A stretch of DNA of 64,000 bases, from the NCBI RefSeq assembly GCF_009914755.1, contig NC_060928.1; one strand, given 5' to 3'. This DNA is from the human T2T-CHM13v2.0 reference genome, Homo sapiens. Below are positions 57,119 to 64,000 of the stretch, piece by piece. The position numbers were made by a program, and so were the translations under genes. Each line of letters opens with the position of its first letter. Within the stretch, counting starts at the first letter, position 1. The notes under the pieces were generated by a model. It searched no databases and was not told the DNA's origin. It was given only the letters and a program-made list of their open reading frames with translations.

Positions 57119-57478
57119 CGGAGGGAGAGACCACCTGAGCAGGCTTAGTGTGAGCAACTAGGCTGTTTATCCACTTGGGTGCAAGTGGGCTGAGTCCGAG
57201 AAAGGAGTCAGCGAAGTGTGGTGGGATTATCATTGGTTCTTACAGGTTTGGGATAAGCCGTGGAGTCAGGAGCAATTTTTGCCAGCAGGGGATGGATGTT
57301 ACAAAGTACATTCATAAGGGAGGGGAGGATGTATTGTCACAAGGGCGGGGAAGAATGTTACAAAGTACATTCACAAGGACTGGAAATATCACAAAGTACA
57401 TTATCATATTATCATAAGGGGGAGGTTAGGATGTCAGGATCACTTGACCATGGTGCAGCCCACTCAGAGGACCTTACA
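57119..57478 (-). mobile_element. HERV-H/F-group LTR (LTR21/LTR7-like) lacking its 3' terminus
   Basis: GAGACCACC...GGCTTAGTGTGAGCAAC...TGGGTGCAAGTGGGCTGAGTCCGA (LTR7-like R/U5); three ACAAAGTACATT repeats; minus-strand start TGTAAGGTCCTCTGAG. Confidence 0.7.
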
Positions 57479-57499
57479 GTAAACAACAACAACAAAAAA

Positions 57500-57866
57500 T
57501 ACAATAAATTGTTTCATATGATTTTGGAGGCCGGCAAATCCCAAATATGCAAGGTGAGTTGGCAAGCTAGAGAGCAGAACAGGAGATACAATGTTTTAGA
57601 TTGAGTCTGAAGGCAGAATAAAAGCTGATGTCTCCATTCTAAGGCAGTCAGGCAGGAAGAATTCTCTTCTACTGGGAGGGAGAAGGGTAGTCAGCCTTTT
57701 TGTTCTATTCAAGGCCCACCTATCTTAGAGAGAGCACTCTTCTTCACTTAATCCACCATTTAAAATGTTAATCACATCTTTAAACACCTTGATGGAAAGA
57801 ATGTTTGACCAAATATCTGGGTATACTGTGGCCCAGAAGAGTTGACACACAAAATTAATCATAACA
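57500..57866 (-). mobile_element. MLT2 (C/D-like) ERVL LTR lacking its 3' end
   Basis: AGAATGTTTGACCAAATATCTGGGTA...GTTGACACACAAAATTAATCATAACA. Confidence 0.75.
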
Positions 57867-58126
57867 ATTAACACAAATAGTAAAGTGATTCGACTGGTAT
57901 TTGAACCCAAGCATTTTATTTCCTGTGATATGTTTTTATGTTATATTATAATTTGATCTGTTTTCAGATAGCTATACTTGCCAGTCATTTTCATACTCCA
58001 GAATTGGTGAAGTAAAAGTTCATGTGAAGGGGACTATTTAATCATAAAATTCACAAAGTGATTCATCCAAGAGTGTAAAAAAATTACACTAATTTATACA
58101 TAAGCATATATTTGAAACTATTAGCC

Positions 58127-58146
58127 TGTGTGTGTGTGTGTGTGTG
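58127..58146. repeat. (TG)10 microsatellite
   Basis: Seen directly in the sequence. Confidence 0.95.
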
Positions 58147-59677
58147 CATGTGTAAAAGAGATGCCAGAACTGTGCTAAACACTTACTTTTTCGCTACAAA
58201 TTCTCTCAGGGCTATTTTGCCATAACCAGAATAAATGTGAAATTCTTAACTAAACTGCTACAAATGTATGAGTCTTCTTTGAGTGTTGCAATGGGCCAAA
58301 CTGTATATTAACAAGAGGTTTAATTTATTTCTCTGTTATGGCACGTAAGAAATGTTCTTGTACAATTTTTATCGCAGATTATAATTCAATAAATCTATAA
58401 ATGTTAAGAAAGCATGTTGATTCATTATTAATTCATGCCAAAACAAACAGATGCTTTCATTTCAAGAATATCTGTAATGTTTAAAAAATCAAATTGCCAG
58501 ACAGGAAGCAATTATAAAATGGTCAGAATAGAAAATAATGTTAACAATCTTTGACGATTTCTTTTTTAGACACTAAACTATTCACATTTTTTTATCTATG
58601 TCTTGATTATATTTACCATTCAACATTTACTTAGATGAAAAGTTTGCTATGCTTAGAAATACAAAAAGGAAAAGAAAAAGACATCTATGAACACAAGAAA
58701 GTAAATAAAATTTTATTACAAATCATTTATTTAAGAAGATAGGACTTCACTTATTCTCACTGCTGAAAATTAAATTTATTGATATCAATTATAAAAGCCC
58801 TTTCTGTATGTTAAACCAAAACATCAATGTATTAACACAGTCAAGTAAAGTTTATTAACAAGCATTATGTAGTTAGAAAGATAGTTTCTCTTAAATTTAT
58901 TTTTCTAAGCTAAACAAACAAAAATTTAAATTTTGTTTGTAAACGTTTGCTTCAGAAATTTAATGAATTTTTCCGTTTCTTTGGCAAAATATGGAAAAAT
59001 TAATTGTGACTAGTACACCTCAAAGTTGATGAAAAATAATTGTTCCGGAAGATAAATTTCATAATCTTTTAAATAAAAATATATATAGTATTTCTAAAGT
59101 TCATATGAAAAATATTTGTCCAAAGGACTTCTTTGTTTAACGTTACTACAAGGAACAGAGCCAGCTGATCCCTGAATCCATCGCAAATAAAAAAAGGAAG
59201 TTCCAATTGACCCAGGAGGGGTTGTATAGAGAAAGAAATCGCTTTCTTTTGACGTATTCTTTGATGCAAGTGCAGACTAACCTGTTATTTATATCTCCAA
59301 AAGAGGAGCTGGGTCATTCAGGCCTGCCAGGCCATTTGTAAAAATGAAGAAAGCTCACAATTAAAGGGCTAAAATTATTATGGCATTATCTGACTATTTT
59401 AGTACCTGGATATTTAAATTAAAAAAACTGGTGGCAGAAAGACTTTTGACAGTATCTCAAAGTTTGTACAATACTGGAATGCTAAACCTATTTTAAAAAA
59501 TGATATCAATTAAATAAGCATAGCTCAATTATCTAGAATCATAAATGCATAATATTTTTAGAAGTATGATATTTAATGAAATCCAATTATTTAGCAGTTA
59601 CTATACTATAGGAATACTTGTTCTCCTTTTTTCCAAAAATAAACTTTTGAGAAGATCCGTACTACTTCTCAAATTTT

Positions 59678-61357
59678 ATAGATAGATAAATTGGACTTCA
59701 TTAAAATCAAAAAACTTTTGTGCATTGAAGGACAGTGTCAAGAAAGTAGGACGACAACTTACAGAAAGGAAGAAAACATTTTCAAATCATGTATCTGATA
59801 AAGGTTTAATATCTAGAATATATGAAGAACTTCTACAACTCGGCAACCAAAAGACAATAACTCAATTTAATAATGAACAAAGTCCTTGAACAAATATTTC
59901 TTCAGAGAAGATATATAAATTGCCAATAAGCACCTGAAAAATGCTCAACATTATTAGTTATTAGGTAAATGCAAGTTGATACTACACCAACATACGACTT
60001 CACACCTACTAAGATGCTTTAATTAAAAAAAATGGAGAAGATGTGGAGAAATAAGAACACTTTTACACTGATGGTGGGACTGTAAACTAGTTCAACGATT
60101 GTGGAAGACAGTGTGGCGATTCCTCAGGGATCTAGAACTAGAAATACCATATGACCCAGCCAGCCCATTATGGGGTATATACCCAAGGGATTATAAGTCA
60201 TGCTGCTGTAAAGACACATGCACACGTATGTTTATTGTGGCACTATTCACAACAGCAAAGACTTGGAACCAACCCAAATGTCCATCAATGATAGACCGGA
60301 TTAAGAAAATGTGGCACATATATGCCATGGAATACCATGCAGCCATAAAAAATGATGAGTTCATGTCCTTTGTAGGGACACGGATGAAGCTGGAAACCAT
60401 CATTCTCAGCAAACTATCGCCAAGGACAAAAAAAGCAAACACCGCATGCTCTCACTCATAGGTGGGAATTGAACAATTAAAACACTTGGACACAGGAAGG
60501 GGAACATCACACACCGGGGCCTGTTGTGGGATGGGGAGAGAGGGGAGTGGGGAGGGAAAGCATTAGGAGAAATACCTAATGTAAATGATGAATTAATGGG
60601 GCAGCACACCAACATGGCACACGTATACATATGTAACAAAACTGCATGTTGTGCACATGTACCCTGGAACTTAGAGTATAAAAAAAAAAGGAAAATAACA
60701 AGTTTTGGTGAGGCTGTGGAGTAATTGGAACCGTCATGTATTGCTGATGATAATGTTAAATGCTATTGCTTCTGTGTTTGGCAGGTCCTCAAAATATTAG
60801 CCAGAGCATTACCATGACCCAGCAATTCCAATTCTAGGTATACACCCAAAAGAACAGAAAATAGTGCCTCGAGCAGATAGCTGTATGCCAGTGTTCCTTG
60901 CACCATTTTTCACAATACACCAAAGTGGAAACAACCCAAGTGGCCATTGACAAATGATGACATAAACAAAATCTGGTATATAAATACAATGGAATATTAT
61001 TTAGCAATAAATGTAATGAAGCTCTGATACATTCTGAAACATAGATATACTTTGCAATCTTATGCCTAGAGAAATAATCCAGACACAAAAGACTAATATT
61101 TCATGATTACACTTATATAAAATATCTCGAATAGGCAAATTAATAGAGCCATAAAGTAGAATAGAAGTTTCCAGAGACTTCTGAGGAATTATTGCTTAAC
61201 AAATACAGAGTTTCCTTTTGGAGTTATGAAAAATTTTGGAAATAGTGGTGATTATTGCATAACATTGAGAATGAAATCAAGGCCACTGAATTTTGTACAT
61301 TTAAAATTAGTTAAAATAGCAAATATTAAACTACATATGTTTACCATAATAAAAAAA
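59678..61357 (+). mobile_element. L1MB-like 3' fragment, split by an L1PA
   Basis: GATAAATTGGACTTCATTAAAAT...GTATCTGATAAAGGTTTAATATCTAGAATATA; resumes at 60690; ends TTTACCATAATAAAAAAA. Confidence 0.8.
60033..60689 (+). mobile_element. 5'-truncated L1PA (L1PA4-like) 3' end
   Basis: CTCAGGGATCTAGAACTAGAAATACC; ORF2 C-terminus (ORF 60099-60461, CTRMFIVALFT); G-rich 3'UTR tract; poly(A) tail. Confidence 0.9.
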
Positions 61358-61879
61358 GATGTGAATTGATTTTAAAATTCATGCATCTGTTTCTGTAATT
61401 TCAGATACTAAGCCCACATCAGTAGAACTTATAATAAAACCTTCCATTCTAATTTTGATTCTTTAGCCATTTTGAACCTTTAGCAATCTTAAAGCTTCAA
61501 AATTCAATCCTAAGTATTATATTCTGTAACTGTCATGTCATCAGTACATTTACCCTTTAACAATGACTTTATTTTTCTTTAATCTATTTTTTCATTTTTA
61601 AGTGATCAGTGTCATGAGAATGTCATATTTTAAGTATATTGTAACAAACCATGTCTCAAATTTTGTATGTACCCCTGGAACCTCAAACTACAGGTATAAG
61701 TTGTTGAATATATTTTAATATGTAGCACCTACATATTGATGTTTTATTTAGACAGCAACCAGGAAGTAAAGATGCCTGACTTATTTTGCAAACTCTGGGC
61801 TTTAGAATTATGGCTTCTTCCCTTTTTTCACAAGTTGTCTTTTACCATTCACTGAGTCCTATTGAACATCTTAATTATC

Positions 61880-62553
61880 TTTTAACTTTGCCTGTTTTCT
61901 CCACAACCATCACATCCATCAGCATTCCTAGGCTGTATTACTACAGAAGCCTCTTCCAGACCTCCTGCCTCCAATCTTGCTCCCTTACACTCCATTCTCC
62001 ACTCAGCAATTAGGCAATCCCTTCCTAAATACATTTTAGAGTAGTACTGGTCTTCTGAAAACCCTTCAGGGTCTTCCAATTGCCTTTCCTATTATGTTGA
62101 AAAGACATAAATGGCGACAGAAATCATTTAGACTCTCACCTACGACTCTAGTCTCATCCATCTTCATTGCTTCCTTTAAGTGAGATATTCAACTATCTTT
62201 AGTATTTGAATGGTGTCAAATTCATCTACTTCAACAGTCATACTGTTTCTCTTGTTAAGCCCTTTCTCCTACCCTGGGCTTTTACACACACTATGTCTCA
62301 AGTTAAAACTCATTTAAAACTCATATCCTCCTCAAAGACGGCAATTCATAGATTATAGCATGTCTCCCTGCTTTGTATCACCGTTCGTATTACATTTTAT
62401 TGTAATTACTAGTTTGTTTTTCTTACCACTAGATGGCAGTTCTATTAGGCCAGGTACGTCTCCTGCTGCGTCTCTTGCTAACATTTTCTACTTCCAGCAT
62501 GTATCTCAATATGTGGGAAGTGTTAAGCACTCAATAAATGTTTCTTAAATGAG
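61880..62553 (+). mobile_element. L2 3' fragment
   Basis: TATTACTACAGAAGCCTC...TCCATTCTCCAC; ends GCACTCAATAAATGTTTCTTAAATGA. Confidence 0.65.
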
Positions 62554-63794
62554 AGAATAGCAACTGGTAAGCTAGTTTCACACGTGCCAACTTGTACCCC
62601 TTGACTGAAAGACATTTACAAATACTTAAAATTTACAAAAACTTAAATTGGTTTTCCGTTTGCAAATAATCTGTTTTCTTGATCAAGTACCTGCCTACTC
62701 CTCTTTCTTCACTAAAATGTCATCATTAATCTATCTCCAGACATACTGCCATTATTGCAGTTATTTAAAGGGGCCACATTTAGTCTTGACTCTAGACTTT
62801 TCCAAATGCTATTTTTATATCTAGTATACCCTTGTTTCCTTGTTTCTTTTATCTTTTAATCCTAAATAACCCCTATTTGTTAACTTTTTACTCAATACTG
62901 AACATACTAATTCAACATCTATCTTCCCATTTATATTGCAGTGCCTACAAGAGCAGAGTCAAAGTCTGTCTTGTTTACCAATATATTCTCAATGCTTCCT
63001 GGCATAGCGGATGGTGCAGAATAAAATCTCAATAATTATGTGTTAGGTTGATAAATAAAGAATCTTTGAGATGAAATATGTCCAAAATAAGGAGATTGAT
63101 ATGCACCTTAGGATTTTTATTTTATTTGATGAAAAAGAAAGACTAAACCATGATCTGTCTTTGGTCTTCCTTATTAAAGAAACGATAAGTATAGTTAAGA
63201 GCTGATCTCTATAATTATTGGCTCCAGAGCTTCTTTATATAACATTTCTATTTTCCTTTGTGTCACACGGATTGATCTAGTAGGAAATAATTTACTCTGA
63301 ATTTGTAGTTCTTGTTACCAGTTATGGACAATTCTAGATCTATCGTTTGAGCCCTTAGACTAGCTGTAGAAATACTTCACTTCTTTCTAAATAGAGTAGG
63401 CTTTATTCATATTCTTTCAGGAAACAATCAATTTCCTTCTTTGAATATTCTAGACATTTTTAATGTGATTTTGGGTTTTCTTGGGAGGAAGCATTCTTTT
63501 TCATACTGGGGGACCCATGAAAGAATAGAATTACCATATACCTACAATCATAACAATTCTTGTTGAATACCATTAAACGCCATAGTTATTCATAATTTCA
63601 AGCCAACACAATAGTAAGTATCATTTGTTGGGCTTTTTATGGGCAAGCAAAGTACTAACTTCTTTACTGCATTATCTCATTTAATTTGTCAACAATTCTA
63701 TGTTCCAGATACTATTAATAGTGTTACTCTACTGATATGGAAACTCCTGGCTGACTGATATATTGAGAACAAGAGTAAAACCCAAATATGCTTT

Positions 63795-64000
63795 TTTCTT
63801 TTTTTAAATAATAGGTTTACTGAGTTATAATTTATATTACATACAATTAAAGTATACAGTTCAATGATATTCACAGAGTTGTACAACCATCACCACAATC
63901 AATTTTAGAACCTTCTCATCAACTCAAAAAAGAAAATTAGTCACCACTAGCAATCACTCCCTGTGACCCCCCCCACCCAACCAAACTGCCAGCCTTACAC
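63795..64000 (-). mobile_element. L1MB-like 3' end (runs off the window)
   Basis: TATTCACAGAGTTGTACAACCATCACCACAATCAATTTTAGAAC. Confidence 0.8.

Noticed and set aside
56905-57130. CpG-island gene promoter
   Set aside because: The GC/CpG richness is fully explained by the LTR12 5' segment
43260-60689. Inverted L1PA 3' ends (43.3-43.9 kb minus, 60.0-60.7 kb plus) as ends of an inversion or composite element
   Set aside because: Different subfamilies, each separately inserted into its own host L1; no shared TSD

Overview
This window is AT-rich primate (most likely human or great-ape) non-coding genomic DNA, not prokaryotic. I find no supportable protein-coding gene, RNA gene or CRISPR array. 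The ORFs I can assign are decayed retroelement frames (L1 ORF1/ORF2, MaLR ORF, ERV env, Alu), and the rest look like chance ORFs. About half of the window is recognisable interspersed repeat. This includes seven Alus, solo LTRs (MER11, MLT2A1, HML-2 LTR5A, LTR47-like, LTR16A-like) and two two-LTR proviral relics: a MER57-type ERV1 with a tRNA-Leu primer site and env remnant, and a THE1D MaLR with a perfect target-site duplication (TSD). It also has two tandem near-full-length L1PB elements carrying nested insertions, younger L1PA fragments, MIR/L2/DNA-transposon relics and microsatellites. The most notable observations are structural: an LTR12/LTR21-like fusion that looks like a deletion scar, a triple nest MIR>LTR47>LTR5A, a 37-bp collapsed MADE1 inside an LTR, an env-only provirus, a strong minus-strand bias of L1/LTR sequence, and several LTR families known for early-embryo activity. 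I found no evidence for a new biological system. Subfamily names come from my recall of consensus sequences and need RepeatMasker/Dfam confirmation.
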